The notes: generated from the letters alone by a model not told the origin. Counted from the stretch's first letter, positions 46,624 to 57,408 are shown. The stretch: 64,000 bases of DNA from Bacteroidales bacterium (GCA_028693085.1 JAQUWC010000002.1:6420-70419), one strand, 5' to 3'. Numbers and translations: made by a program.

Positions 46624-48075
46624 ATGAAAAAAAGAAATCAAATTTTATTATCCGCATCCTTACTCATTTTCTCTATTACGGCAAGTGCCCAATGGACAGG
46701 CCCTAAATACGGAGAAGATAGTGTAGAATGTATAACAAACATGTCGTTATACAGGGAGTCATTCAAGCAAAGAAATTATGCTGAGGCTTATATCCCTTGG
46801 AAAAAAACCATACAAAACTGCCCGATATCGTCGAAAAATAATTTCACCAACGGACCGGTTATACTGGAGTATTTAATTAAAAATGAGAAAGATTCCGCAC
46901 AAAAAGAAGCATACATCCAAGAATTATTTGATTTATATCAATTACGCATTCAATGTTATCCCGAGGATGAAGCCTATGCTTTGGGTCAAATAGCTGTCAA
47001 TACAATGCGTTTCAGAGCCTATGAATGGGAAAAAGCTTATGAGACTTTCAACAAAGCCATTGATTTAGGTGGAAAAACAACCTCTCCCCAGGTATTAGAT
47101 GTGTTTTTTATTACGGCAGAGCGATATATGATTAACAAACAACTCACGACCGAAGTAATGATTGATGCCTATGATAAAATCACTGAAATTTTAGACGAAA
47201 TAACCGATGAGAGTGAAATCGCTTTCGATAAAGCGATGCGTAAAATTTATCTTTTACAAAATAAATTGGATAGCCAACTGATTTCAAAAGATGAATACGA
47301 AGTGAGGTATGAAGATCTTGCACAAGATTCGGCTCGAACAGGTAAAATATTTGAACAATACCAAAAGGTTGCTAAAAATATGGATATTCGTTTTTCCAAT
47401 TATGCCAAATGCGAAGATCTAATCCAAATTTACGGTAAAAAATTAGAACAGAATAAAGATGAACGTATCTTAAGACAAATCATTAAGTTCTTTGTCAAAG
47501 AAAATTGCACTGATAACAACATTTACACTTCCGCCGTAGAAGAACTTCATAAAATTCAACCGACCGCCAAGACCGGGTTAGCCATGGCAACCGTAAGCTA
47601 CAGAAATGGAGCTTATCAAGACGCCATCAATTATTGTAAGGAGACTCTACCTTTATTGGAAAAAGAATCCGATAAAATTAGTACGTATATTTTACTTGCC
47701 GAAAGTTATAAACAAATCGGTCAATATACGGCAGCTCGCGAAAGTGCCTATAATATATTAAAATCCAATCCCAACGATGCACGTGCCTATGTAGTCATCG
47801 GCGATCTATATTATAGCTCTGCCGGTGCTTGCAGCTCCCTGGAATTGCCGGCCGCTGTGTATTGGGCTGCCGCCGACAAATACAGTAAAGCCATATCCAT
47901 GACTGCCGGTAAAGAAGACGACAACCAAAAGAAAATTTATAGTGACGCACAAACCAAATTAAACAGTGCTGCAAGATTGTTTCCTAAAATCGAAACCTAT
48001 TTCCAATTAGGACTCACCAAAGGTCAATCCTATCGGGTAGGTTGCTGGATCAGCGAAACGACAAGTGTACGTTAA
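46624..48075 (+). CDS. Secreted helical-repeat (TPR-like) protein, function unknown
   Basis: Signal peptide (ITASAQ) and TPR-like segments near the C-terminus (YRNGAYQDAINYCKE, AESYKQIGQYTAARESAYNILKSNPND, VIGDLYY). Confidence 0.5.
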   Translation: MKKRNQILLSASLLIFSITASAQWTGPKYGEDSVECITNMSLYRESFKQRNYAEAYIPWKKTIQNCPISSKNNFTNGPVILEYLIKNEKDSAQKEAYIQELFDLYQLRIQCYPEDEAYALGQIAVNTMRFRAYEWEKAYETFNKAIDLGGKTTSPQVLDVFFITAERYMINKQLTTEVMIDAYDKITEILDEITDESEIAFDKAMRKIYLLQNKLDSQLISKDEYEVRYEDLAQDSARTGKIFEQYQKVAKNMDIRFSNYAKCEDLIQIYGKKLEQNKDERILRQIIKFFVKENCTDNNIYTSAVEELHKIQPTAKTGLAMATVSYRNGAYQDAINYCKETLPLLEKESDKISTYILLAESYKQIGQYTAARESAYNILKSNPNDARAYVVIGDLYYSSAGACSSLELPAAVYWAAADKYSKAISMTAGKEDDNQKKIYSDAQTKLNSAARLFPKIETYFQLGLTKGQSYRVGCWISETTSVR

Positions 48076-48076
48076 C

Positions 48077-48634
48077 ATGTCGACTTATGTAAAATACATC
48101 CTAAGGATAGTCGTTGTTTCAGCGACTATCCTTTGTTTTACCTCCTGTAAAAATGACATTGCAGTAGTTAACCAACTATTGCAAGGAGATACCATCCCCG
48201 ATGAAATTGCTAAAAATATACATATGTATATCAGCGAAGGAGGTATCGTTACACATGAATTTAAAGCAGCTGTACTTTACACTTACCACAAACATAAAAC
48301 CTATCAAGAATGTCCCAAAGGATTTGAAATTATCACTTTCAAAAACAAAAATAAACAATCAAAGCTAACGGCGTTGTATGGTATCAACTATGAAGATGAA
48401 AAAAAAATGGAAGCTAAACGTAAGGTTGTCATAACGAATTTCGAAACCGGCGAAATAATCGAAACCGAACACCTGATATGGGATATAGAAAAAAAACTAA
48501 TTTATTCTAATACTCAAATAAAACAAACAAAATCTGACGGCTCCATTTATATGGGCGAACGGTTCGAATCAGACGAAGCCCTAAGTAAATATGTAATTTA
48601 TAATGCACGCTTAGTGTTTTACGAAAATGAATAA
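48077..48634 (+). CDS. lptC: LPS export periplasmic protein LptC (lipoprotein-anchored Bacteroidota form)
   Basis: Lipobox ILCFTSC. The C-terminal EHLIWDIEKKLIYSNTQIKQTKSDGSIYMGERFESDEALSKY resembles Bacteroidota LptC. The ATG at 48077 is preferred over the GTG at 48065. Confidence 0.65.
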   Translation: MSTYVKYILRIVVVSATILCFTSCKNDIAVVNQLLQGDTIPDEIAKNIHMYISEGGIVTHEFKAAVLYTYHKHKTYQECPKGFEIITFKNKNKQSKLTALYGINYEDEKKMEAKRKVVITNFETGEIIETEHLIWDIEKKLIYSNTQIKQTKSDGSIYMGERFESDEALSKYVIYNARLVFYENE

Positions 48635-48649
48635 GCACCGTATTTATTT

Positions 48650-49447
48650 CTATACAAAATAGTAAATAATAGTAAAAACAGCCACTAATAAACAGTAAAT
48701 GGCAAAATAAATTAATTTTCCTTTCTTGACCACATTTATCATCCATTTACAGGCAAAACAGCCCGTAATAAAAGCGGCTAAAAATCCAGAGAACAAAGCA
48801 ATACCACTCATTCCCAAACCGGCCCCTTCTTGTGTGATATAATCCTTTATGTCAAGAAATGCTTCTCCCAATATGGGGACAAGCACCATAAGAAAAGAAA
48901 ACTTTGCCACCGATTCTTTTTTATTTCCCAACAATAATCCGGTGGCTATCGTACTGCCTGAACGTGACAATCCGGGTAAAACGGCAAATGCTTGTGCTAC
49001 ACCTATCAAAAAGGCATCGAACCAAGTGATTTTTTCTTTCTGTCGTGGTTTGGCAAAATAAGCAAAACTCAAAAGTAAAGCTGTTAATAATAATGATACA
49101 CCCACGATCAACAAGCCCGAACCAAATATTTCTTCCACAACATCTTTAAAAAATAAGCCTACTATCATGACCGGTATCATCGAAAGGGCAATTTTAGAAA
49201 GATAAACTGTTTCATCGTTCCATGTAAAAGAAAATAGACCTTTGAATAAACCCGCTATTTCTTTCCACAGCACGACGATTGTACTTAAAACGGTAGCGGC
49301 ATGCACAGCCACAGTAAAAGTGAGTGTTTCTGTTGTTTGCACTCCCAATACAGCACTTCCTATCACCAAATGACCACTACTGCTTATAGGCAGAAATTCA
49401 GCCAGTCCTTGTACAATCCCAAGGACAATCGCTTCCCATATTTCCAT
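48650..49447 (-). CDS. uppP: Undecaprenyl-diphosphate phosphatase (BacA/UppP)
   Basis: [17 protein letters not shown] and [10 protein letters not shown] motifs. Confidence 0.9.
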   Translation of the reverse strand: MEIWEAIVLGIVQGLAEFLPISSSGHLVIGSAVLGVQTTETLTFTVAVHAATVLSTIVVLWKEIAGLFKGLFSFTWNDETVYLSKIALSMIPVMIVGLFFKDVVEEIFGSGLLIVGVSLLLTALLLSFAYFAKPRQKEKITWFDAFLIGVAQAFAVLPGLSRSGSTIATGLLLGNKKESVAKFSFLMVLVPILGEAFLDIKDYITQEGAGLGMSGIALFSGFLAAFITGCFACKWMINVVKKGKLIYFAIYCLLVAVFTIIYYFV

Positions 49448-49453
49448 CGTTAA

Positions 49454-49789
49454 TTATTGTTTTTCGGTCGGATTTTCTTCTTCTTTTACTTTCGGACGAT
49501 ACATGATCGCAACTAATTCGACCAAAAAGCCTATAATTAGAACGATAGGGGCAACGTACAATCGTCGTGTATCAAAAATAGCTTCACTAAATTCAGTCGG
49601 ATCGTCGGTGCCTCCACCCGATAATAAATAATATCCTATAATAAGAATGAGGATGCCTGCTAACATCAAGATGTAATTGATCTTTCGAAAGGGCATTCCC
49701 AATGCCCATACAGGCTGTTGTTTTTGGGGAACTCCTTTTTTAGTTTGCTTTTTCACCAGTTTTTTATTTCCGCTTGCTGTTGTTGCCAT
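49454..49789 (-). CDS. DUF3098 small membrane protein
   Basis: 111 aa with two TM helices and a basic N-terminus. It sits in the conserved Bacteroidota position between ftsX and uppP. Confidence 0.65.
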   Translation of the reverse strand: MATTASGNKKLVKKQTKKGVPQKQQPVWALGMPFRKINYILMLAGILILIIGYYLLSGGGTDDPTEFSEAIFDTRRLYVAPIVLIIGFLVELVAIMYRPKVKEEENPTEKQ

Positions 49790-49802
49790 GTGTTATATGT
49801 TT

Positions 49803-50678
49803 TTAAAAATAAAGTTTATCAATTTTCATTTTTATGTATTTTCGTACAGAGAAAAAGGTCGAAAGCCAGGTAAAAAATACACCTATGAGTATTAAAATTC
49901 CAAATAAGTATCCATAGTACAATGGTTCGTTTATTTCGATAAGACCCGGTATTCGTGTATAAGCCACATAAATAACTCCACCCAATATTAAAATTGCAAA
50001 GATGGAAGCCCATATTCCCTGCATAATCCCTTTAAAGATAAAAGGTTTTTGAATGGTCATACGTTTTGCCCCAACCAATAGCATGCTTTTGATTAGAAAT
50101 CGTTTGGAATAAATGGATAATCGTATGGTATTATTGATTAATGTAATCGCAATAATTAGAAATACAGCACTTATGATTAACATTATCAAACTGATTTTAT
50201 AGATATTTTCATTGATATTTTCGACATAGGTTCGTTGATATTGTATATCGGTAACATTGGGTTCCAAATGTATCGCTTTTTCAATTTTTTCCAAACTGTC
50301 GATGGATGTATACTGAGAATGGATTTTTAATAATATAGAAGGAGGAAGAATATCCCCTACTATTTCACGAAAATCATGTCCCAACATATTAATCGTTTCT
50401 TGGGTAGCTTCTTCTTTACTGATAAAGCGTGCCGATTTAACATAGGGTTCTGCTTCCAAGCGTTTTTGAAACGCCAATATATCTCCTTGTTTGGTATCGG
50501 GAAGCAACATGATTTCAAAGCTGATATTTTCCCTTGTTTCTTCTGATATACGTTGTGCATTGATGATAATAACTCCTAACAATCCTATCATAAATAACAC
50601 CAAGGTAATACTAAGAACCGTAGAAATCCAGGAAGAAGCTAAACGGTATTTCGTTATTTTATCTATTTGTTCCGTCAT
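49803..50678 (-). CDS. ftsX: Cell division permease-like protein FtsX
   Basis: N-terminal TM helix, a periplasmic alpha/beta domain, then three C-terminal TM helices. Size and topology are typical of FtsX. Confidence 0.8.
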   Translation of the reverse strand: MTEQIDKITKYRLASSWISTVLSITLVLFMIGLLGVIIINAQRISEETRENISFEIMLLPDTKQGDILAFQKRLEAEPYVKSARFISKEEATQETINMLGHDFREIVGDILPPSILLKIHSQYTSIDSLEKIEKAIHLEPNVTDIQYQRTYVENINENIYKISLIMLIISAVFLIIAITLINNTIRLSIYSKRFLIKSMLLVGAKRMTIQKPFIFKGIMQGIWASIFAILILGGVIYVAYTRIPGLIEINEPLYYGYLFGILILIGVFFTWLSTFFSVRKYIKMKIDKLYF

Positions 50679-50746
50679 AAAGCATACGATATTTGTTATT
50701 CAAACATTTATATTAACTATGAAATGTAGATTTTAGTATATAAATT

Positions 50747-52654
50747 TTATAATTCATCCTGTCCATTGTCTAAAGTCATATACACCGAATTCTGACTTTT
50801 GAATTCGGGTATTATTTTTTTCATTTGTTTTACTATAGCAAAATCATCTTCTTGATAAATCATCTGAATCAAGGCATTTATTTCTTCTTTCACAAAATCG
50901 AAATCATAGGTAATGACTTTGGCTATTTTTATTTTTTGATGTTTTGTTACAATCGTATTTTCGTTGTTATTTAACAATTCTTCGTGGAGTTTTTCACCTG
51001 GACGCAATCCGGTAAATACAATTTGAATATCTTTTCCCAATTCCAATCCGGATAATAGCACCATTTTTTTTGCAAGATTAAGAATTTTAATGGAACTACC
51101 CATATCGAAGATATAAATTTCGCTGCCATTACTCATGGCACCTGCATGCAATACCAATTCACAAGCTTCGGAAATAGTCATGAAATAGCGTGTGATTTCG
51201 GGATGAGTAATGGTAATGGGGCCTCCTTCTTCTATTTGCTTCTTTAAAATTGGAATGATCGATCCATTCGATCCCAACACATTTCCAAAACGAGTGGTTA
51301 TAAACTTACATTCCTTATATTTTTCCCCTAAGGTCTGCACATAGATTTCGGCTATCCGTTTGGAAGCACCCATCACATTGGTAGGATTAACCGCTTTATC
51401 AGTCGAAATCATAATAAATTTCTTAACCCCATGAGCCACACTTAAATCAGCTAATATCTTTGTACCTAACACATTTACTTTGACCGCTTGCATAGGATTT
51501 TTTTCCATAAGCGGCACGTGTTTATAGGCAGCGGCATGATAAACGACATCCGGTTGATATTTTTGAAAGATATTCGTCATATATGTTTTATCACAGACAT
51601 CGCCAATAAAAGTTTCAAACGATTTTCGTTTACAAGATTCACTTAAGGACATTTCAAGATAAAACATAGGCGATTCAGCATTGTCGATCAATATCAAATG
51701 CTTGAAATCATATTTCATGACTTGTTGAACAATTTCGCTGCCTATCGAACCGGCGGCACCGGTAATTAAGATAGTTTTATTTAATAAATCTTTGCGGACA
51801 ACATTCCCATCTAAATGTATAGGATCTCTCTCTAAAAATTCTTCAATTTTTATCTTTTTGATTTGCTTAAAACTCAACTGACCGTTAATCCATCGGTCAA
51901 CCGGAGGAACTACCAACACCTTGGTTTTATACTCCAAACACATCTCGGTAATCTGACTGCTCTTGGCTAATGAAAGATCTTTAATGGCAATGATAACATG
52001 GGCTATGCTTTTCCTTTCCAGTAATTTTTTTAAATCTTTAAATGAATAAATAGTAAGGTTATCGATTTTTTTTCCCACTTTTTTGTGATCATCATCCACA
52101 AAGCCGATGACATTGTATTTATTAGAAATATCTTGATAAATAGACCGCTTGGTTGTAAATCCTAATTCTCCGGCTCCGTAAATAACCACATCCTTCTTTT
52201 CTTTAGGGGTATTAATGTATTCGAAATATATAATCTTTGTAAATAATCTGTAAAAGATCATCATAAATGTCGATACAATAAACTCCAGTATCACTATGGA
52301 GAACGGAACCAAAAACTTTTGATTGATCGCATAATAAAAAAACACATTTCCTATACAAATTATCACAGAGCCTATTAAATTCACAATAAAAATACGCGTA
52401 ATATCCTTGGTGCCCGTATAGCGCAACATGGACAAATGTATTTTAAAAGCAAGAAACATAATCAATCGTATGCCTAAGGTAAGCCCGAAAATGATCATAA
52501 TTTCATTGTAATTGAAAGCTGCGGGGTTTTTAAAATTCATACGCAGTATCATCACCAATCCTATTGAGCAAGCTACAATAAACAGGTCAACAAGGAGAAT
52601 CAACCAACTGGGAACGGTATTGTTTTTATTATTGAGATAAATTGCTTTTTTCAT
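50747..52654 (-). CDS. Membrane-anchored polysaccharide biosynthesis protein, CapD/WbpM/PglF-type NDP-sugar 4,6-dehydratase
   Basis: Four N-terminal TM helices, the Rossmann motifs YGAGELG and ITGAAGSIGSE, and HAAAYKHVP. Confidence 0.85.
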   Translation of the reverse strand: MKKAIYLNNKNNTVPSWLILLVDLFIVACSIGLVMILRMNFKNPAAFNYNEIMIIFGLTLGIRLIMFLAFKIHLSMLRYTGTKDITRIFIVNLIGSVIICIGNVFFYYAINQKFLVPFSIVILEFIVSTFMMIFYRLFTKIIYFEYINTPKEKKDVVIYGAGELGFTTKRSIYQDISNKYNVIGFVDDDHKKVGKKIDNLTIYSFKDLKKLLERKSIAHVIIAIKDLSLAKSSQITEMCLEYKTKVLVVPPVDRWINGQLSFKQIKKIKIEEFLERDPIHLDGNVVRKDLLNKTILITGAAGSIGSEIVQQVMKYDFKHLILIDNAESPMFYLEMSLSESCKRKSFETFIGDVCDKTYMTNIFQKYQPDVVYHAAAYKHVPLMEKNPMQAVKVNVLGTKILADLSVAHGVKKFIMISTDKAVNPTNVMGASKRIAEIYVQTLGEKYKECKFITTRFGNVLGSNGSIIPILKKQIEEGGPITITHPEITRYFMTISEACELVLHAGAMSNGSEIYIFDMGSSIKILNLAKKMVLLSGLELGKDIQIVFTGLRPGEKLHEELLNNNENTIVTKHQKIKIAKVITYDFDFVKEEINALIQMIYQEDDFAIVKQMKKIIPEFKSQNSVYMTLDNGQDEL

Positions 52655-52658
52655 ATTC

Positions 52659-53429
52659 TTATTTCTTTTTTGATTCTTCCCATATCACGTTCATTTGTTT
52701 CAAATCAACGGCATCGAAGCTTTTATTTTGTGCGTGTAATTGATTTTCGAGATAAGCAAAGCGTTTAATAAACTTTTGATTTGTACGTTCCAAGGCATCT
52801 TCGGGATTAATAGAAAGAAAACGGGCATAATTGATTAAGGCAAACAAAATATCGCCAAATTCTTCTTCCATACGGGATGTATCTTGTTGATCTTTTTCAT
52901 GTTCAAATTCATCTATTTCTTCCTTTACTTTCTCCCAGACTTCAGTCGCATTTGACCAATCAAAACCTACTCCTCTCACCTTTTCTTGTATGCGATATGC
53001 TTTTACCATTGCGGGCAAGGACTGTGGCACTCCTTCCAACACCGATTTGCGTCCCTCGGTGAGTTTTATCTTTTCCCAATTGGCTTTGACCTCTTCGGCA
53101 TTGTTTACACTCACATCTCCAAATACATGGGGGTGACGCTTAATAAGTTTTTCACATAAACCATTGACCACATCCGCAAAATCAAAGACCGCTTGCTCGG
53201 AAGCTATTTTGGCATAAAACACTATATGCAATAAAATATCGCCCAATTCTTTTTTGATTTCTCCCATATCGTTTTTTAAGATGGCATCCGACAACTCATA
53301 GGTCTCTTCTATCGTTAGATACCTGAGACTATCCATGGTTTGTTTTCTATCCCAGGGACATTTTTCTCTTAATTCGTCCATAATGCTTAACAAACGATCT
53401 ATAGCAGCATGATTCCTCTTATTTGGCAT
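52659..53429 (-). CDS. mazG: Nucleoside triphosphate pyrophosphohydrolase MazG
   Basis: CPWDRKQT and tandem MazG EExxE/D motifs (EETYELSDAI, EEFGDILFAL). Confidence 0.9.
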   Translation of the reverse strand: MPNKRNHAAIDRLLSIMDELREKCPWDRKQTMDSLRYLTIEETYELSDAILKNDMGEIKKELGDILLHIVFYAKIASEQAVFDFADVVNGLCEKLIKRHPHVFGDVSVNNAEEVKANWEKIKLTEGRKSVLEGVPQSLPAMVKAYRIQEKVRGVGFDWSNATEVWEKVKEEIDEFEHEKDQQDTSRMEEEFGDILFALINYARFLSINPEDALERTNQKFIKRFAYLENQLHAQNKSFDAVDLKQMNVIWEESKKK

Positions 53430-53967
53430 CCGGTATGATATATTTTTTCTTTTTTAAGAATATACAAACACGCAATTAGTTGATTATATATGATGATAAT
53501 CGACTGATTATATAATATTTTTTCTCTGCGAAAATATGAAAAAATAAGATGTAATCTCCTGTTCTTTCCCTTTTTTATTTACATTTAATTGTGGATAAGG
53601 AAAAAGTCATCATAATAATAGTATGCCCCCTTTTCGAGTGCAAGCCTTGCGATATACCTTGTTTTGCTCCGCTTATCCCGAAAGCTGCTGCCGGATTTCC
53701 TAAAGCTGTCAGGAAAATCTTCCTATATGTTGACAAAAATAACATTAATGTAATTTGAAATAACATCCATGAAAATTAGCATACGGTCTATGTAAGATGA
53801 AAGGAGTGTTTTAAAGGAGGTATAAAAGAATTAGTCAGAAAAAACGTAAAACATCTTCTTTGTTAACACATTTTAATATATCTTTGCGTGAAATTATTAT
53901 TTCAAGGTAATATTCTAATATTTAATTGTATATCATATTATTATATGATAATATAAATACATTTTCT

Positions 53968-55743
53968 ATGCAAAAACAAAAATATTTTAATCTATTTACT
54001 ATAGGACTAAGCTTGTGGATATGTTTTTCATCCTTGGGATTATCTGCACAACAAACAGATAATTTTCAATTGAATCAGCAAAAAATGGGAAGATTCTTAC
54101 AATTTTTAAAATTTTTCTATGTCGATACGGTTGATTTTGACAAAATAGTTGAAAAAGGAACCATTGAGATGTTAAAAGAATTAGATCCTCATTCGATTTA
54201 CATTTCAAAAAAGGATGTTACCCGCACCAACGAACCTTTGCAAGGAAATTTTGAAGGCATCGGCATTCAATTTCAAATTATAAAAGATACCATTGTTGTC
54301 GTACAACCTATTAAAGGGGGCCCCTCCGAACAAGTAGGCATCTTAGCGGGCGATAAAATCATTCAAATTGATGACACGGTGGCAGTAGGTAAAATTTGTA
54401 CTAACGAATGGGTTTATACTAAATTACGAGGGAAAAAAGGCACAAAAGTAAAACTTGCTATTAAAAGAGGAAAAGAAGATAAACCCTTAGTGTTTACCGT
54501 TATTCGTGATAAAATACCCATCAATTGCATCGAAGCTTATTTTATGATAGATAAGGAAACGGGCTATATTAAATTAGAGCGATTTTCACAAACCACGAAA
54601 GATGAATTTCTATCGGCAATTTCCGAATTGAAAGCCCAAGGGATGCAACATCTTATTTTTGACCTTAGGGGAAATTCAGGCGGATTCTTAAGTGCAGCCA
54701 TTGATATGGTGGAACAATTTATTGAAGCTAATAAATTAGTGGTTTATACACAAAACAATCAAACACAAAATAGAATTACTTATAACACACGAGGAAAAGG
54801 CAGTTTTCAAAAAGGAAAATTGGTGATTCTTATTGATGAATATTCCGCATCTGCATCGGAAATTGTTTCGGGAGCTGTACAAGATTGGGACAGAGGCATT
54901 ATAATAGGAAGGCGTTCATTTGGGAAGGGATTGGTACAAACACCAACCATGCTCCCCGACAGCTCAATTATTCGCCTTACCACCTCGCGTTACTACATCC
55001 CCAGCGGAAGATGTATTCAAAAACCCTATGAAGGAGTGGAAGATTACGGACAGGAATTGATTAATCGCTACAATGCCGGAGAGTTAACCCATGCCGACAG
55101 CATACATTTTCCCGATTCCCTTAAGTATTATACCGAAAACAAACGAATTGTATACGGTGGCGGAGGTATTATGCCCGACATATTTATCCCCATGGATACC
55201 ATTAAAGTATCAGACTATTATTGGCAACTTTTCCGTCATAACCTTTTTAATCAATATGTTCTTCGCTATTTAGAAACAGAAAAACAACATTTACTGAACA
55301 ATTATCCTACTTTCGAAACTTTTAACGAAAATTTTGAAATTGACAGTGCATTTCTATCCCATTTTTATGATTATGCCTATAAAGAAAATGTAAAAGATAC
55401 GCTCTTATTTGATTTCAGCGCTATGCTTACCCATTTCACCCAAACATACAAAGATTCTTTAAATGTATTATACCCATCTCAGGACGATTTCTGTCAAGAC
55501 ACTGTCTTACAGTCTATGATTCAAAAGTATATTCACGATGAGATGGAAGCCTATATCCATCGTCAAAAGAATTTCGATACCGAAAAATACATCAAACGTC
55601 AAATAAAAACCTTGTTAGCTCGTAGTTTGTATGACCCCAATAAAGCTACAAAAATATGGTTGGAAGATGATAATACCTATCAAAAAGCCATTGAGGTTAT
55701 TAACAATACGTCGATGTTTAAAAAAATGAAAATCCATTACTAG
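53968..55743 (+). CDS. S41 family C-terminal processing peptidase with a PDZ domain
   Basis: Signal peptide after the ATG at 53968. PDZ domain (GGPSEQVGILAGDKIIQID), LIFDLRGNSGG, and SASASEIVSGAVQD...GRRSFGKG (Ser/Lys dyad region). Confidence 0.85.
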   Translation: MQKQKYFNLFTIGLSLWICFSSLGLSAQQTDNFQLNQQKMGRFLQFLKFFYVDTVDFDKIVEKGTIEMLKELDPHSIYISKKDVTRTNEPLQGNFEGIGIQFQIIKDTIVVVQPIKGGPSEQVGILAGDKIIQIDDTVAVGKICTNEWVYTKLRGKKGTKVKLAIKRGKEDKPLVFTVIRDKIPINCIEAYFMIDKETGYIKLERFSQTTKDEFLSAISELKAQGMQHLIFDLRGNSGGFLSAAIDMVEQFIEANKLVVYTQNNQTQNRITYNTRGKGSFQKGKLVILIDEYSASASEIVSGAVQDWDRGIIIGRRSFGKGLVQTPTMLPDSSIIRLTTSRYYIPSGRCIQKPYEGVEDYGQELINRYNAGELTHADSIHFPDSLKYYTENKRIVYGGGGIMPDIFIPMDTIKVSDYYWQLFRHNLFNQYVLRYLETEKQHLLNNYPTFETFNENFEIDSAFLSHFYDYAYKENVKDTLLFDFSAMLTHFTQTYKDSLNVLYPSQDDFCQDTVLQSMIQKYIHDEMEAYIHRQKNFDTEKYIKRQIKTLLARSLYDPNKATKIWLEDDNTYQKAIEVINNTSMFKKMKIHY

Positions 55744-55745
55744 GC

Positions 55746-56912
55746 ATGATAAAATATGATTTCGACAAAACCGTCGACAGGAAAAACACAAATTGTGTCA
55801 AACACGATTTAACTTCTTTGTTTTTTGGATGTACTGATTTACTACCCATGTGGATAGCCGACATGGATATCGCCATCCCCGATTTTATTTGTGAAGCCGT
55901 AAAAAACCGTGCCGAACATCCTGTATACGGTTATTCCTTTTTCGGAGAATCGTATTATGCTAATTTTATTCATTGGATGTACAAACGTCATGGCTTAAAA
56001 ATTGAAAAAGAATGGATTTGTTTTTCACCGGGTGTGGTTCCTGCATTAAACATGTCGGTACTTACTTTCTCAAAACCAAATGACAAAGTAGTTATCCAAC
56101 CACCCGTTTATCCTCCTTTTTTTAATGCCGTTAGCGATCACGATCGGCAGTTAACACAAAATCATTTACGCTTAGAGGGTACTGCCTATACCATGGATTT
56201 CGATGATTTGGAAAGCCAAATAGATGCCAATACCTCCATGCTCATTCTTTGCAATCCTCACAATCCTATAGGACGTGCATGGACCGAAAAAGAATTATTG
56301 ACGTTAGTAGGCATTTGCGAAAAAAACAACATCTGCCTTGTTTCAGATGAAATTCATAGCGATTTTATTCGTCCACCGCACAAACATAATAGCCTACTTT
56401 CATTAACAGATAAAACCATTGCATGTTTCTCGCCAAGTAAAACTTTTAACTTAGCCGGCATGTCGACTTCGATGATTGTAATTCCCGATCAAACATTACG
56501 TGAAAAATACCTCCATACCTTAAACGGATTACACATAGCCTTTGGGAATTTATTTGGAAGTATTGCAACCGAAGCTGCCTATGGGCAAGGAGAAGAATGG
56601 TATAAACAGCTTTGGGACTATTTACAAGCAAATATTGATTATGTGGTGCAGTTTTGTAAAGCCAACATTCCGCAAATTAAAGTTATGCCATCCGATGCAA
56701 GCTATTTATTGTGGCTGGATTGTCGTGGATTGTCCGCAAATGGAGAAAAATTACAAGAAATTTTTACTGAAAATTTAAAGTTGGGCTTAAACAACGGAAG
56801 CGAATTTGGAAAAAACGGCGAAGGTTTTATGCGTATGAATGTAGCTTGCCCACGCAAAACTTTGGAAGAAGCCATGCAACGTTTACGCTGTTTAGCGAAT
56901 TTTATAGCATAA
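55746..56912 (+). CDS. PLP-dependent C-S lyase, MalY/PatB family (cystathionine beta-lyase-like)
   Basis: YDFDKTVDRKNTNCVKHD N-terminus, LCNPHNPIGRAW and SPSKTFNLAG (PLP lysine). Confidence 0.85.
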   Translation: MIKYDFDKTVDRKNTNCVKHDLTSLFFGCTDLLPMWIADMDIAIPDFICEAVKNRAEHPVYGYSFFGESYYANFIHWMYKRHGLKIEKEWICFSPGVVPALNMSVLTFSKPNDKVVIQPPVYPPFFNAVSDHDRQLTQNHLRLEGTAYTMDFDDLESQIDANTSMLILCNPHNPIGRAWTEKELLTLVGICEKNNICLVSDEIHSDFIRPPHKHNSLLSLTDKTIACFSPSKTFNLAGMSTSMIVIPDQTLREKYLHTLNGLHIAFGNLFGSIATEAAYGQGEEWYKQLWDYLQANIDYVVQFCKANIPQIKVMPSDASYLLWLDCRGLSANGEKLQEIFTENLKLGLNNGSEFGKNGEGFMRMNVACPRKTLEEAMQRLRCLANFIA

Positions 56913-56967
56913 ATTTACATTTGCACGCGTAAAAAGATTTTATTTACATTTGTAAAAAATTCTTTGG

Positions 56968-57408
56968 ATGGATACGTTTATACACTTTGGCTATGTGGGA
57001 TTGTTCTTGTCGTCATTTTTAGCATCGACCATCGTACCTTTAAGTGCTGATGTAGTTTTAACGGCCCTTGTTCTGCTTAAATTTAATCCATGGGTATGTT
57101 TAATTATTGCTACCGGAGGAAATTTCTTAGGAGGTCTTACTTCTTATGGTTTAGGATATATAGGCAAATGGGAATGGCTGGAGAAATATTTCAAAGTAGA
57201 TAGACAGAAGGTAGAAAATTTTCAAAAAAAAATTACGCAGTACGGGATTTTTGCCGCTGCTTTTGCGTGGTTGCCTTTTGTAGGTGATTTGATTGCCATT
57301 TCTTTGGGTTTCTTTAAAATTCGTCCTACCTGGGTTTTTATTCTAATGCTCACAGGTAGATTTTTACGTTTTTTTGTTATCATACTGGTAACCTTATATT
57401 TTATATAA
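56968..57408 (+). CDS. YqaA/DedA-related small membrane protein
   Basis: 146 aa with 4 TM helices. The FLASTIVPLSADVVL motif is typical of the YqaA family. Confidence 0.7.
   Translation: MDTFIHFGYVGLFLSSFLASTIVPLSADVVLTALVLLKFNPWVCLIIATGGNFLGGLTSYGLGYIGKWEWLEKYFKVDRQKVENFQKKITQYGIFAAAFAWLPFVGDLIAISLGFFKIRPTWVFILMLTGRFLRFFVIILVTLYFI

Noticed and set aside
53600-53745. SRP (4.5S) RNA as the identity of the GC-rich island
   Set aside because: The minus strand contains CCUGACAG and CCGGCAGCAGC, which superficially recall SRP helix 8. The GGAA (GNAR) tetraloop followed by GGAAGCAGC and the matching 3' strand are not present in the right arrangement.
53575-53766. 63-aa minus-strand ORF in the mazG / S41 peptidase intergenic region
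   Set aside because: It has no recognisable family, signal or TM pattern. It coincides with the GC-rich island, which is better explained as non-coding or as a decayed gene remnant.
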